Source: Oligoflexales bacterium (lineage in GTDB: Bacteria; Bdellovibrionota_B; Oligoflexia; Oligoflexales; CAIYRB01). Taken from it: a stretch of 64,000 nucleotides of DNA. The position numbers and the translations under genes are program-made. The notes under the pieces were generated by a model, which worked only from the letters and a program-made list of their open reading frames with translations, was not told the origin of the DNA and searched no databases. The stretch lies in contig JBGSUI010000059.1 of assembly GCA_041736175.1 (NCBI GenBank), positions 32,001-96,000 on the forward strand, written 5' to 3'. This document shows, piece by piece, positions 19,934-29,688 of this stretch. How positions within the stretch are numbered: the first letter of the stretch is position 1; each line of letters begins with the position of its first letter.

Positions 19934-19966
19934 GAGTGAGTCGGTCTATCGAGCTAGCCCTAACGA

Positions 19967-20857
19967 CTATTTGATCACTTCGGCGTCGATAAAACCCTTA
20001 CCCTCGACAAAGACCCTTAGCTTAGAAATGATCCGACTCTCAATCTGTCGGGCCCTTTCGCGGGTGATTCCATAGCGGTCCCCTAGGTCTTGAAGAGTAG
20101 GGGGTTGATCAGCCATAAGCCGAGCATCGAAAAACTCTAGATCTCGCCCTTTTAAAGTCAGGCGAAATTCAGCCAGGTGGTCTGCAAATATTTCACGTAT
20201 TTGTTCTCGGGCAAGGAGTTCTTCCGAGTTTTGTTGGTCTGCCGCTAGCTGAGAGCCTCGGGACGGGCCACTATCGGCATCCAAGCCCAAGGGAGCGTCG
20301 AGGGATAGGTCTGGCGTTGCTAGCCGCGCCTGCATCTCGACGACATCTTTTTCTTTGACATTTAAATGCTCCGCTAAAAGCTTTGCATCCACATGATCGT
20401 ATTCTTGCAGGAGTTTTCGCGCTGTTTTTTCCAGATTATAGAAAAGCTTTCGTTGGTCTGCGGTGGTCGCTATTTTGACCTGGCTCTTGTTATCCATAAG
20501 ATATTTTAAAATATAGGCTCGAATCCACCAGGCCGCATAGCTGGATAGCTTAACTCCTTTATAGGGGTTGAACCGTTTGACGGCCTGCATCAGCCCAAAA
20601 TTGCCTTCTTGGATCATATCGAGAAGATTAAGCTGCGCTTGGCGAAAATCATTTGCTATTTTAACAACCAGTCTAAGATTAGAAGTCACCAATCGATGGG
20701 CCGCATGGACGTCACTTTCGTCAAAATGCTGTCTCGCTAACTCATACTCCTCTTCGGGGTCTAAGAGAGGATACTTTGCAATCTGCTGCATATAAATCTG
20801 AAGTGGGGATTTTTGAATTGGCGCAATTGCGGATTTTTGTGCCGGTACCTTCGTCAC
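19967..20857 (-). CDS. rpoH: RNA polymerase sigma-32 family factor
   Basis: LVTSNLRLVVKIA, QEGNFGLMQAVKRF, YAAWWIRA, RpoH box QRKLFYNL, TRERARQIE. Confidence 0.88.
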   Translation of the reverse strand: MTKVPAQKSAIAPIQKSPLQIYMQQIAKYPLLDPEEEYELARQHFDESDVHAAHRLVTSNLRLVVKIANDFRQAQLNLLDMIQEGNFGLMQAVKRFNPYKGVKLSSYAAWWIRAYILKYLMDNKSQVKIATTADQRKLFYNLEKTARKLLQEYDHVDAKLLAEHLNVKEKDVVEMQARLATPDLSLDAPLGLDADSGPSRGSQLAADQQNSEELLAREQIREIFADHLAEFRLTLKGRDLEFFDARLMADQPPTLQDLGDRYGITRERARQIESRIISKLRVFVEGKGFIDAEVIK

Positions 20858-21028
20858 TTTGCTCCTTTAACAATTTGCTTCGCTATGAGTTTAGTCATTC
20901 GGAGAAGGCGCCTTAAAAGCTTCCTTTTCTATCCAACGTAGGATAATAATTGAAATTATGTAATTTGTCGAGATGCTTTTCCCTGGGCTGTTCCATGGAT
21001 TCATCATCTTAGACCAAGAAAGGTACCT

Positions 21029-21958
21029 ATGGCAGGCATTGGCATTATCACCAATCCACACTCTCGGCTGAACAAGGCTAACCCAAATAATATCAAGGTA
21101 TTAGGGTATATATTAGGGACCCAAGGGCGACTCGAAGTCACTAATACCCTCGACGATCTATCAAGGGTTGCCCTCCAATTTAAAGAGCAGGGCATATCGA
21201 TCTTAGCAATCAATGGCGGAGATGGCACCGTCAGCAGAACCCTTACGGCGTTTATAAAGGTCTATGGTTCCCACCCGCTCCCCAAAATCGCGCTCCTTCG
21301 GGGGGGCACTATGAATGTGATTGCCCTTAACTTAGGTTTAAAAGGCTCTCCTGACCAACTATTGGCAACCCTCGTCGAAGCCTATTCTACTGGTGAGGAC
21401 TTGCCTACAACTCATTTATCCACATTACAGATAGGTGACTCTTATGGGTTCTTGTTTGGGACAGGAGTCGCTTATGATTTCCTTTTAGAATACTACCAAC
21501 GTAAATCGGGTCCTCTAGGAGCCTTTTTTTGGTGTTTAGCCGTTTGGTTTTCGGGCTGGTTTCAAGGAAAGCTCTACAAAAAAATCATGAAAGAAAAAAC
21601 AATAAACATAGTCCGCGAGGATAACGTCCAAGTAAGACAGAAAACCATCAGCCTTTTATGCTCTACGGTTAGAAAAATGCCTCTTGGATATCCACTTTTT
21701 TATAAACTTAAGGATGTCAGACGTAAAATCCAATGCGTTTCGTTTACTATAACCCCTAAAGACGCAATTTGGAAATTTCCTCTCATCATGATAAAAGGAA
21801 AACATGCTTCTAAGGTTGATAAGTATGACCTTCTCACGGACCAACTCCGACTATCAAGTGACGAACCCATAGGTTACACTTTAGACGGGGAACTTTATCC
21901 TGGCCAAGGATCCCTTGAACTAAAACTAGGCCCTGAGGTGGAATTTGTCTCGATCTAA
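21029..21958 (+). CDS. Diacylglycerol/lipid kinase family protein
   Basis: NP motif, GGDGT, GGTMN, YTLDGE. Confidence 0.8.
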   Translation: MAGIGIITNPHSRLNKANPNNIKVLGYILGTQGRLEVTNTLDDLSRVALQFKEQGISILAINGGDGTVSRTLTAFIKVYGSHPLPKIALLRGGTMNVIALNLGLKGSPDQLLATLVEAYSTGEDLPTTHLSTLQIGDSYGFLFGTGVAYDFLLEYYQRKSGPLGAFFWCLAVWFSGWFQGKLYKKIMKEKTINIVREDNVQVRQKTISLLCSTVRKMPLGYPLFYKLKDVRRKIQCVSFTITPKDAIWKFPLIMIKGKHASKVDKYDLLTDQLRLSSDEPIGYTLDGELYPGQGSLELKLGPEVEFVSI

Positions 21959-23123
21959 CTTAAATTCACGAAACGAACATCAAGAATTTGAAAACACCAT
22001 GACAAACACGATCTCTCCTACTGTAAAGGTGCTGACCCCTGGTCTTATTAAGTCCGTAGCCCTTGCTCTGAATGTTCCACATCCTAAGATTACTTGGCTG
22101 GCCGGCGATGGCTCTGATCGATGCTATTTCCGAATCTATACGGGAAAACATAATAAACTTAACTCCAAATCCTTTGTCCTGATGAAACTCTCCGACGCTG
22201 ATGCCCAAGCACTGAAAAACAATGGTTATGACTGGGTCACCATCGCTCATATTTTAGAAGAACAAAACGTTAAAGTTCCAAAAATTTTCACGATTCTCCA
22301 GGAGCACTCTGCCATAATCATAGAAGATTATGGAGATTTGATGCTAGAGACAAAAGTATTCGAACTCAGTAAAACCAACGATCTAGAAGTCATTAAAACC
22401 ATCTACCATAAGGGTTTTGAAATTATTTCAAGATTTTTGGAAATTTCCAAAATCCCTGACTTACAACAATCCAAACCACTTTGGACCCAACGGGCCTTTG
22501 ATGGGGAAAGGTTTGTTTGGGAACTCAATTTTTTTCTCCAAAAATTTGTAAACCAAGTAGCTCAGGTCTTTTTGGACGATAAGGAAATGGCTATCTTCCA
22601 AAGTGAGGCAGCGACGATCGCAACAATATTAGCTGAAAATTCACAGTATTTTGTGCATCGAGACTTCCATTCTCGAAATATCATGGTGCTTGAAGACGGG
22701 CTGGCCGTCATTGATTTCCAGGATGCCCGGCTAGGCCCTGCCTCCTACGACTTAGTATCGTTGATCTTCGATTCATATGTCCCCTTTACGGCTTCCATGA
22801 GGCGAGATCTCCTCCAAGAGGCCATGACTTTTTTGAGCGTCAAACACCCGCCTCAAATCATCTCCGAAATAAAATCCCTTTGGAAACCCATGCTCCTCCA
22901 AAGACAACTCAAAGCCATAGGTAGCTTTGGCTATTTAACAGTCGACAAACAAAAGGGCGATTATTTGAAATATGTCGCCCCGGCTCTAAAAATAATCGAA
23001 GACCAGGGCGTTCAAGATGAGCGGTGGCCCTTTATCTCCTCGGTCTTAATGCGAAGAATCGCCGACGCGGTCCATGGTGGGTGTTTAGAAGGTATACCCT
23101 CAAATAACCCAAATGTCTCATGA
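21945..23123 (+). CDS. amgK: Aminoglycoside-phosphotransferase-like anomeric MurNAc/GlcNAc kinase
   Basis: LAGDGSDRCYFR, HRDFHSRNIM, IDFQDARLGPASYDLVSL, QRQLKAIGSFG; coupled to a murU-like gene. Confidence 0.8.
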   Translation: MSRSNLNSRNEHQEFENTMTNTISPTVKVLTPGLIKSVALALNVPHPKITWLAGDGSDRCYFRIYTGKHNKLNSKSFVLMKLSDADAQALKNNGYDWVTIAHILEEQNVKVPKIFTILQEHSAIIIEDYGDLMLETKVFELSKTNDLEVIKTIYHKGFEIISRFLEISKIPDLQQSKPLWTQRAFDGERFVWELNFFLQKFVNQVAQVFLDDKEMAIFQSEAATIATILAENSQYFVHRDFHSRNIMVLEDGLAVIDFQDARLGPASYDLVSLIFDSYVPFTASMRRDLLQEAMTFLSVKHPPQIISEIKSLWKPMLLQRQLKAIGSFGYLTVDKQKGDYLKYVAPALKIIEDQGVQDERWPFISSVLMRRIADAVHGGCLEGIPSNNPNVS

Positions 23124-24133
23124 TGGACCCTACTGCACCCGTGGGGCTGATCCTCGCTGCGGGCTATGGCCAAAGACTTCGCCCTATCACTGAGTTTTGG
23201 CCTAAGCCGCTTATACCTTTTGTAGGGGCAACCCCTCTGGCTCTTGCCTACCAGCAGCTCCTACAGCTTCAGCTCAGTGAGATTTGGATCAACACCCACT
23301 ACCGCTTTCAGGACTTTCATGTCCATACATCCTGCTTTCCACGAACGCCCCTCAGTCACAAACCGCCACAGATAAGCTACGAGCCAACAATCCTAGGTAC
23401 GGGTGGGGTGTTTAATCCCCTTAGATCCTCACTAAAAGATCGGGATGTCTTGGTTATCAATGGTGATGTGATTGCGCCTTTTGACCTGGGCGCGCTGTTA
23501 AACCAACACCGTTCCACCAAATCCGTAGCGACCATGATCCTTTTGCCCCAGGTGATTCCGGGGGAAACTGCCGTCTGGTACCAGGGCGAGCACATCGTCG
23601 GAATCCAAAAAGAAGTTTTCTCCGGTGCTCACCCTGGCAACTTCGCCTGTGCCCAAATTCTATCGCCAGATTTTTTACAACTTTTGCCCCAAGAAGGGTC
23701 GTTTGATGTCATTAACTATGGCTATCGTCAGGCTCTCGCCAAGCAAATGCCCCTCTCCTATGTGCTTCACCAGGGGCCATGGTTTGATATCGGATCTCCC
23801 CAAAGTTATTTTAATGCTGTTCAATCTTTTTTTGTCGAAGCTATTAAAGAATCTACTGGTCCTAAACTCAACCTTATGGATGTGAATAGCTGCCGGAGTT
23901 GGTATGGAAAACCACCTTTGGGCCCACAACCCTTTGCTAACGACTGCGACAAAATTCCGGTGGATTTGAGGTTATCCCCTGGTTCTATGGTCGAAAGAGG
24001 CTCGATCCTTGGTAAACAGGTCACTATTACCAGATCTGTTGTGTTGCCAGGGTCTGATATTCCTGATGGTGCCCTGATTGATTTAAAGATTTGTGGACCT
24101 TTTGGCCAACTGCCGGTCGCATATTCACCTTAA
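23120..24133 (+). CDS. murU: Nucleotidyltransferase, MurNAc-1-P uridylyltransferase-like
   Basis: ILAAGYGQRLRPITEFWPKPLIP, INTHY, LGTGG, NGDV, WFDIGSP; overlaps the amgK-like gene. Confidence 0.72.
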   Translation: MMDPTAPVGLILAAGYGQRLRPITEFWPKPLIPFVGATPLALAYQQLLQLQLSEIWINTHYRFQDFHVHTSCFPRTPLSHKPPQISYEPTILGTGGVFNPLRSSLKDRDVLVINGDVIAPFDLGALLNQHRSTKSVATMILLPQVIPGETAVWYQGEHIVGIQKEVFSGAHPGNFACAQILSPDFLQLLPQEGSFDVINYGYRQALAKQMPLSYVLHQGPWFDIGSPQSYFNAVQSFFVEAIKESTGPKLNLMDVNSCRSWYGKPPLGPQPFANDCDKIPVDLRLSPGSMVERGSILGKQVTITRSVVLPGSDIPDGALIDLKICGPFGQLPVAYSP

Positions 24134-24157
24134 ATAACTGACTATATTTATAAATAT

Positions 24158-26701
24158 CTAAATCTCGACATTCATCCCCGTCCATATCCGCCTTTCGGGC
24201 GCTCCTACTCCCTCGCCGATTCCGACTCCTGCTCCTGCGACTAGACTCCAGAGCCCAGCTCCCTGATAGCGTCCGTAGAGGCCAAGCTCACTTGGATTGC
24301 TGGAATTGAGACCAAAAACAGACTGCTCCTGGTAGCGAAATTCATATTGAGTACCCAGGGAAAAACTTTGCGGGAAGCGGTAATCCATGGATGCCAGAAA
24401 TTGGATATAGCTATTGATCTCCAGAGGCTTTGAGCGCTGGTCTTTAAAGATTTCCTTTTGGCGGTAAAGGTATCCCAAATTAGCATTCCATTGGAATTGC
24501 TGAACTTGGGGGTTATATCTTAAGTTTTTTCGGCCCAGCGTCTGCCCAAACTCTCCCGTCGCTAAAAACTTAAGTCCGTAGACGGTTTTTTCTTCTCCTA
24601 AAAGCAGCTTTTCATCGCCCATGGGCACCTGTGCGATTGGCATGATCCCGAAGGCAACATGCTCTAAACGAGTGAACTGGTATTTTACCCGGACCTCAAC
24701 ATCGCCTACTTTTCCGATCGAGGTGGATCGACCCTCTTTACCCCGAAGAATCCGGTCTTGACCCGTATCGCGGTCGATCTCCGCTTGGTAAATGACGGGC
24801 ACATCGATCCCAAGGGATAGATTTTTGAGGATCCTAAGACTCCCGACTGCATGAAACACCGTCAATCGATCGACTAAATTTGTCTCCTCGCCGCTCTGTC
24901 CTGTTAAATTAAGGGAGTTGGCTGAATCACTCAAAAAGAGTCCACCCTTAAATCTCACTCCTGGGGTTACCATCGCTTTTTCTGGAAGACCAACTCCATC
25001 GACCGTCGCTCTTGTCGTTAGGACATTCATATGATTTTTCTGAGCTTCAGCTCCGGGGTTATTTTCTGCGGAATAACCCGGTGGGGCAAAGTTCAGGGTC
25101 ACCAGAGGAAAGATAAACAATGTGATTTTTATCGCCCCTTTTTTAAAACCCAGCAGACCCAAGGGGGTCAAGATCAAACTCCACCAAAACACGTCAAACA
25201 TAAATTCCTGTTTTGTCAAGGTGCCTAGGGTACCACAGCTTACTCCTCCACCTCTCAGATTTAACTCCTTTTGGAGCTGCTCGGGAGCCAACTCAAAGCG
25301 AGGGCACTCTAACTCACTCTCTTTCATCCCACTTTGGTCTTTGACTTTTTCTAATTGTGTCTCAATATTAAATTTATAGTTGGTCGAACCCGAAAATATC
25401 GAGAATGAGATCTTAGCGTTGGTCACTGGAGCGACTCTAAATTTATCGGCAAAATCTATCGGTGTCTGACCAATCGTAAAGCGACTCCCTTGGGGGTGAC
25501 CTTCTTGTTCGGCACCGCCATTGACCGTGTAAACAACTCGGTTTATGGGTATCGTCTCTAAATCATTTGTTGCGACCATTTCCAAGAGATTTTCCAGATC
25601 TTGATTTCCGCTAATTTTTTTAACGTAGTTTTCTGGAGAATAGCTTAAGATGCCTTGAATTTCTTTTTGTGGATCCCAAGCATTCACGCTCCAATTTTGT
25701 GGATTCCTGAATTCTTCTGAAGTGAGACTACAATCTTTTGTAGGTGGTAATGGATTTTTGATTTGACAAATATTTTCCATAGAATCTCTATAAAGCTCCC
25801 CAAAAAGAGGCTCTGGCGAGGGTACCAAAGCATAGCCGATTTTTAATTGACTGTACTTTGGATCAAGTAAGAGGCTTTTTTGTTTGCTAGCCACCAACTG
25901 ATAATGACTCAACCTTAAATAGGGATAAGGATCCTCTACTGCCAACCCTTCCGGTGACTGATAGGCTCTTCCATCTGACAAAATGATCACGGCCTTTTTA
26001 CCGGGAATTTGGCTTAACCCCATCTTCTCATCTGCTGCCATTTGAAGGGCCTTATCGTCAATCCCACTCGATTGTCTTTGGCTTTGGGCGAATTTACCCT
26101 TTGCTGCAAGTAATAATTTGGCGATAAGATCTTTTTGGCCTTGGTTCTTTAAAGTCCTGGCGGGGATAAAAACACAGGTAAAATCCCGATCAAGGGTGAC
26201 GGCCTCGCCTTGATACTCTCGACATTGCGAAAAGGTGGAGCCCATGACGATACCGAGTTTTATACCATCTCCCTGAGACCTATCCGACTCAGTGGAAAAA
26301 AGATTAAATATTTTTTCCGCCATTTGATCGGCACTTTGTCCAATTTTTGCTCTGGACTCGTCACCTAGACTCATCGATGCTGAACGATCAAGTACCAGGA
26401 CTGAATCCAGCAGTATTTGGGAATTAAGGCTATTCTTAGGACATATTTTACCTGTGATCAATAGCGTTTCTCTATCGATGGTCCATTGAAATTTTTTTAA
26501 AGACTCCTTTTGATCTAATCCATTGGTAGAGGAGTTATCAGTTCCAATACAAAAATTTTTATCGATCTTTGCTAAATCTGCAAGGCAAGCTTGAGCCGGG
26601 TTATCCACAGCTAAAATGGGCGAGGTGAAACCCACCCCTAGGGTTATGCCTAGAGTCATCGCAGTTGCCCAGATTATGGACACTTTTCCCTGGGCCTTCA
26701 T
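24158..26701 (-). CDS. Large exported protein: vWA domain + CTERM-like sorting segment + C-terminal outer-membrane beta-barrel
   Basis: Signal peptide; MIDAS VLDRSASM and VIILSDG; GGGVSCG + TM + KK; second signal-like segment; barrel strands (GDVEVRVKYQF, WNANLGYLYR, WTGMNVEI). Confidence 0.65.
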   Translation of the reverse strand: MKAQGKVSIIWATAMTLGITLGVGFTSPILAVDNPAQACLADLAKIDKNFCIGTDNSSTNGLDQKESLKKFQWTIDRETLLITGKICPKNSLNSQILLDSVLVLDRSASMSLGDESRAKIGQSADQMAEKIFNLFSTESDRSQGDGIKLGIVMGSTFSQCREYQGEAVTLDRDFTCVFIPARTLKNQGQKDLIAKLLLAAKGKFAQSQRQSSGIDDKALQMAADEKMGLSQIPGKKAVIILSDGRAYQSPEGLAVEDPYPYLRLSHYQLVASKQKSLLLDPKYSQLKIGYALVPSPEPLFGELYRDSMENICQIKNPLPPTKDCSLTSEEFRNPQNWSVNAWDPQKEIQGILSYSPENYVKKISGNQDLENLLEMVATNDLETIPINRVVYTVNGGAEQEGHPQGSRFTIGQTPIDFADKFRVAPVTNAKISFSIFSGSTNYKFNIETQLEKVKDQSGMKESELECPRFELAPEQLQKELNLRGGGVSCGTLGTLTKQEFMFDVFWWSLILTPLGLLGFKKGAIKITLFIFPLVTLNFAPPGYSAENNPGAEAQKNHMNVLTTRATVDGVGLPEKAMVTPGVRFKGGLFLSDSANSLNLTGQSGEETNLVDRLTVFHAVGSLRILKNLSLGIDVPVIYQAEIDRDTGQDRILRGKEGRSTSIGKVGDVEVRVKYQFTRLEHVAFGIMPIAQVPMGDEKLLLGEEKTVYGLKFLATGEFGQTLGRKNLRYNPQVQQFQWNANLGYLYRQKEIFKDQRSKPLEINSYIQFLASMDYRFPQSFSLGTQYEFRYQEQSVFGLNSSNPSELGLYGRYQGAGLWSLVAGAGVGIGEGVGAPERRIWTGMNVEI

Positions 26702-26829
26702 TGCTTGAAACTCCTATTTTATTTTTTAAAATTAGTATGTTATGTCCATTATCTAGATTTCTTCGGTTGGTTTCTCCGAAGGGCTTCCTATAAGGTCTAG
26801 CGAGACCTATGCCATACTTCTGGTGACAG

Positions 26830-26850
26830 TTATCCACAGAGTTATCCACA
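26830..26850 (+). promoter_or_regulatory. Tandem consensus DnaA boxes outside oriC
   Basis: TTATCCACA at 26830-26838 and 26842-26850; a third perfect box at 26601-26609; AT-rich tract about 26870-26990. Confidence 0.7.
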
Positions 26851-27033
26851 GGTTTTAGAGCACTCTAACCTAAGCCATAAATAAATATATTTTTGTTTTC
26901 TAATATCAAACTAATATTTAGTTAAAATATTTCTGTGTTTGTACACAAATATAATCTATGTACAAACATTTGTATAATTATATTGTAGTTTTTAAGCCGC
27001 CCCTCAGTTCCTAAAATCGCCTATTTTCTATAC

Positions 27034-27058
27034 AAAAAAAGGACTTAAAAAAGTCCTT
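27034..27058 (-). terminator. Probable intrinsic terminator of the gyrA-gat-hydrolase transcript
   Basis: AAGGACTT/AAGTCCTT hairpin followed by a T-run on the minus strand. Confidence 0.45.
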
Positions 27059-27096
27059 AAAGAAACGGTTTGCAGAAATTCAGCGGTCGTTTCTAT

Positions 27097-28230
27097 TTAG
27101 CCTAACGTTCCAGCAAGATTGAAGAATTCTCGGCGAAATTCCGTTATTTTTCGACTTAACCGACCGCTACAGATTCGATTGGTCAGCAGCATTGCAAAAT
27201 CGTTCTTGTGGGGCCGCACCCAAAAAGCAACTCCGGTAAAACCCATATGACCAAAAGCCCTTCCTCCCCCAAAACCCATCGAGCTAGGATCATCCGCTGG
27301 ACGCCAGCCTAAAAGCGAAGGAGATGGCTTTTGCTGCTGCTTTTCACTGCGTCGCCTCTGCTGGAGACGCTTTTGATTTTCTCGGAAGATGGTCTCGCCT
27401 ACTTTTGAATGAAACAAGGCCTGTAGATAGGTCGTAAGAGATTCCCCTGATCCAAAAAGTCCTGCATGTCCGCTCACTCCTCCAAGACTGGCGCAGTTTT
27501 CATCATGCACTTCGCCGACGAGTAGTCTTTTTCTGAGGTAACAATAGCTTGTGGGTACACATCGGTCCCTTAACTCCCCAGACGGGGAAAAGTCGAGATC
27601 TCTGACTTGTTCCCCGATTTTTAGGTCTTTAGTCAACCAATCATTCCATTGGCTTGCCAGGGATTGCTGCTTTTTAAGGCCTAGGGCTAGGCCTAATAAA
27701 ATAAAACCTAAATCGCTATAGAGTTCTTCACCCTGTACCCCTAAAGGGCGACGACTCAGCCCTTGGAGGTGCCTCTCAATCCCTGTCAAACCGGGCAACT
27801 CTCGCAGCTGATCCGTCTGCCCATCTGGAAGCCAATGATTGATCCAAAAGTTAGACCACGCCGGTAAACCTGAATGGTGACCTAAGAGACTCTCTAGACT
27901 GAGGTGGCTTAAAACTCGGCTGAGTCGCCCTGGCCAAAGGTCTCCCAGCCACTCGCCAAGAGTCGATGATAGACTGACACTCCCTCGATTTAATTCTTGA
28001 AAAATCAGACTCGTCGTCACCACAGCTTTTGTCAAACTCGCAAGATCAAAAACCTCTCGATGGTCAGGTAGATCTGCGACTTTAAAGACTTCCCCCTTAG
28101 GGTCAAGGGACCCCCAAGCCCCATAAGCATGGGTCCAGAGCCCTTCTTCTTTTGCCCGCCTAAATAGATTTTTAGCCTCTCGCTTAAACATCTGGCCCTG
28201 CGAGGAGCTTTGTGTGAGTTTTTGAGTCAT
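27097..28230 (-). CDS. Serine hydrolase, beta-lactamase/AmpC-like family
   Basis: FDLASLTK (SxxK), HHSGLP, YSDLGF, GEVHDEN, GHAGLFG, GHMGFTG. Confidence 0.85.
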   Translation of the reverse strand: MTQKLTQSSSQGQMFKREAKNLFRRAKEEGLWTHAYGAWGSLDPKGEVFKVADLPDHREVFDLASLTKAVVTTSLIFQELNRGSVSLSSTLGEWLGDLWPGRLSRVLSHLSLESLLGHHSGLPAWSNFWINHWLPDGQTDQLRELPGLTGIERHLQGLSRRPLGVQGEELYSDLGFILLGLALGLKKQQSLASQWNDWLTKDLKIGEQVRDLDFSPSGELRDRCVPTSYCYLRKRLLVGEVHDENCASLGGVSGHAGLFGSGESLTTYLQALFHSKVGETIFRENQKRLQQRRRSEKQQQKPSPSLLGWRPADDPSSMGFGGGRAFGHMGFTGVAFWVRPHKNDFAMLLTNRICSGRLSRKITEFRREFFNLAGTLG

Positions 28231-28233
28231 TAT

Positions 28234-29688
28234 TTAATTTCCGCGTCGCTTTAAAAGATGCTCTTTTATGACTTCTTGAACCAGATTAGGATTTAACTTA
28301 CCTTGGGATTGGCGCATTGCCTGTCCCACAAAAAAACCTAATAGCTTATCTTTTCCGCTTAAATATTCCCTAAGCTGCTCTGGATGGGCATCAATAACCT
28401 GACTCACAACCTGTGTTACTTGATTCAAATCCGTTATTTGAATGAGCCCCTCGTTTTTTACAATGGCTTCTGCTGTCTCCAGCGTCTCTACCATCTTTTG
28501 AAATACAACCTTTGCGAGCTTTCCAGAAACAGTTTGATTAGCTAACAGTTTTAAGAGCCCTGCGAGATGTCTGGGAGTCAAAGCTGGATTTTCTAAAGAC
28601 CAGCCTTTCGCCGCTTTAGCTGCCAAAAACTCTCCAGTCACCCAATGGGCGATTGTTTTGGGAGCCATCCCTTCTACACCGCTAAGCTCGGTGATCAGCA
28701 ACTCAAAATAGCGACTTAAAAGTGGATCGGACACCAACGTCTCCCCATCCCCCTCGCTAAGTCCCATTTCATCGAGATACCGCATTAATTTGGCTTCGGG
28801 GAGCTCAGGGAGATCTTTAAGGATTGCATCTTTAAAAGTCTGACTAATCACTAGCTTTGGTAGATCAGGGTCCGGGAAATACCTGTAATCGTCGCTATCT
28901 TCCTTGTCCCGCATCGCTTCGGTTTTACCCGTCGACGGGTCAAAGAGTCGGGTTTGCTGCCTTACCTGCCCCCCTGACAAAAGGATTTCCTGCTGTCGGT
29001 CGATTTCGAATAAAATAGCTTTTTCAAGAAATTTAAAGGAATTAAGATTTTTAATTTCTGCTCGAGTCCCGAGTTTTGAGGAAGCCTTGAGCTTTAAGGA
29101 TATATTGGCATCGCAACGAAACGAGCCTTCTTCCATATTGCCATCTGAAATTCCGAGATGGACGACGATACGGTGTAGCTTTTTAAGATACTCTACGGCC
29201 TCTAGTGGACTCGATAAATCAGGTTCTGACACAATCTCGACAAGTGGAATCCCGGCTCGATTGAGATCGATCATAGTTCCTTGGGGACGATGAACACTCT
29301 TCCCAGCATCTTCTTCCATATGAATTCGCTTTAGCCGTATGGTTTTTCCTGATGATAGGGTTAAATGACCTCCTTCGCAGTATGGCTTTTCAAACTGAGA
29401 GATCTGGTACCCTTTCGGAAGATCCTGGTAAAAATACTGCTTCCTATCAAAAACACTGACTTGGGCTACGGAGCCATGGACCGCTTCTGCCAATACAACC
29501 GCTTTTTTGACGGCTTCACGATTAAGGACTGGCAAGGTACCCGGAAGACCTAAACACACTGGGCAGGTATTCTGATTGGATTGACTACCAAAAACCGTCG
29601 CGCACCCACAAAAAAGCTTGGATGCGGTCGACAACTGGCAATGCACCTCTAGACCAATCACAGTCTCAAATTCCGCAAAGCTCGTCAT
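28234..29688 (-). CDS. gatB: Asp/Glu-tRNA amidotransferase subunit B
   Basis: VIGLEVHCQL, HMEEDAGKS, EEGSFRCDANIS, DYRYFPDPDLP. Confidence 0.97.
   Translation of the reverse strand: MTSFAEFETVIGLEVHCQLSTASKLFCGCATVFGSQSNQNTCPVCLGLPGTLPVLNREAVKKAVVLAEAVHGSVAQVSVFDRKQYFYQDLPKGYQISQFEKPYCEGGHLTLSSGKTIRLKRIHMEEDAGKSVHRPQGTMIDLNRAGIPLVEIVSEPDLSSPLEAVEYLKKLHRIVVHLGISDGNMEEGSFRCDANISLKLKASSKLGTRAEIKNLNSFKFLEKAILFEIDRQQEILLSGGQVRQQTRLFDPSTGKTEAMRDKEDSDDYRYFPDPDLPKLVISQTFKDAILKDLPELPEAKLMRYLDEMGLSEGDGETLVSDPLLSRYFELLITELSGVEGMAPKTIAHWVTGEFLAAKAAKGWSLENPALTPRHLAGLLKLLANQTVSGKLAKVVFQKMVETLETAEAIVKNEGLIQITDLNQVTQVVSQVIDAHPEQLREYLSGKDKLLGFFVGQAMRQSQGKLNPNLVQEVIKEHLLKRRGN

Noticed and set aside
27097..28230. 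Beta-lactamase resistance gene
   Set aside because: Motifs (SxxK, YSD, GH.GFTG, GEVHDEN) fit the broad serine hydrolase/esterase family; nothing indicates beta-lactam specificity.
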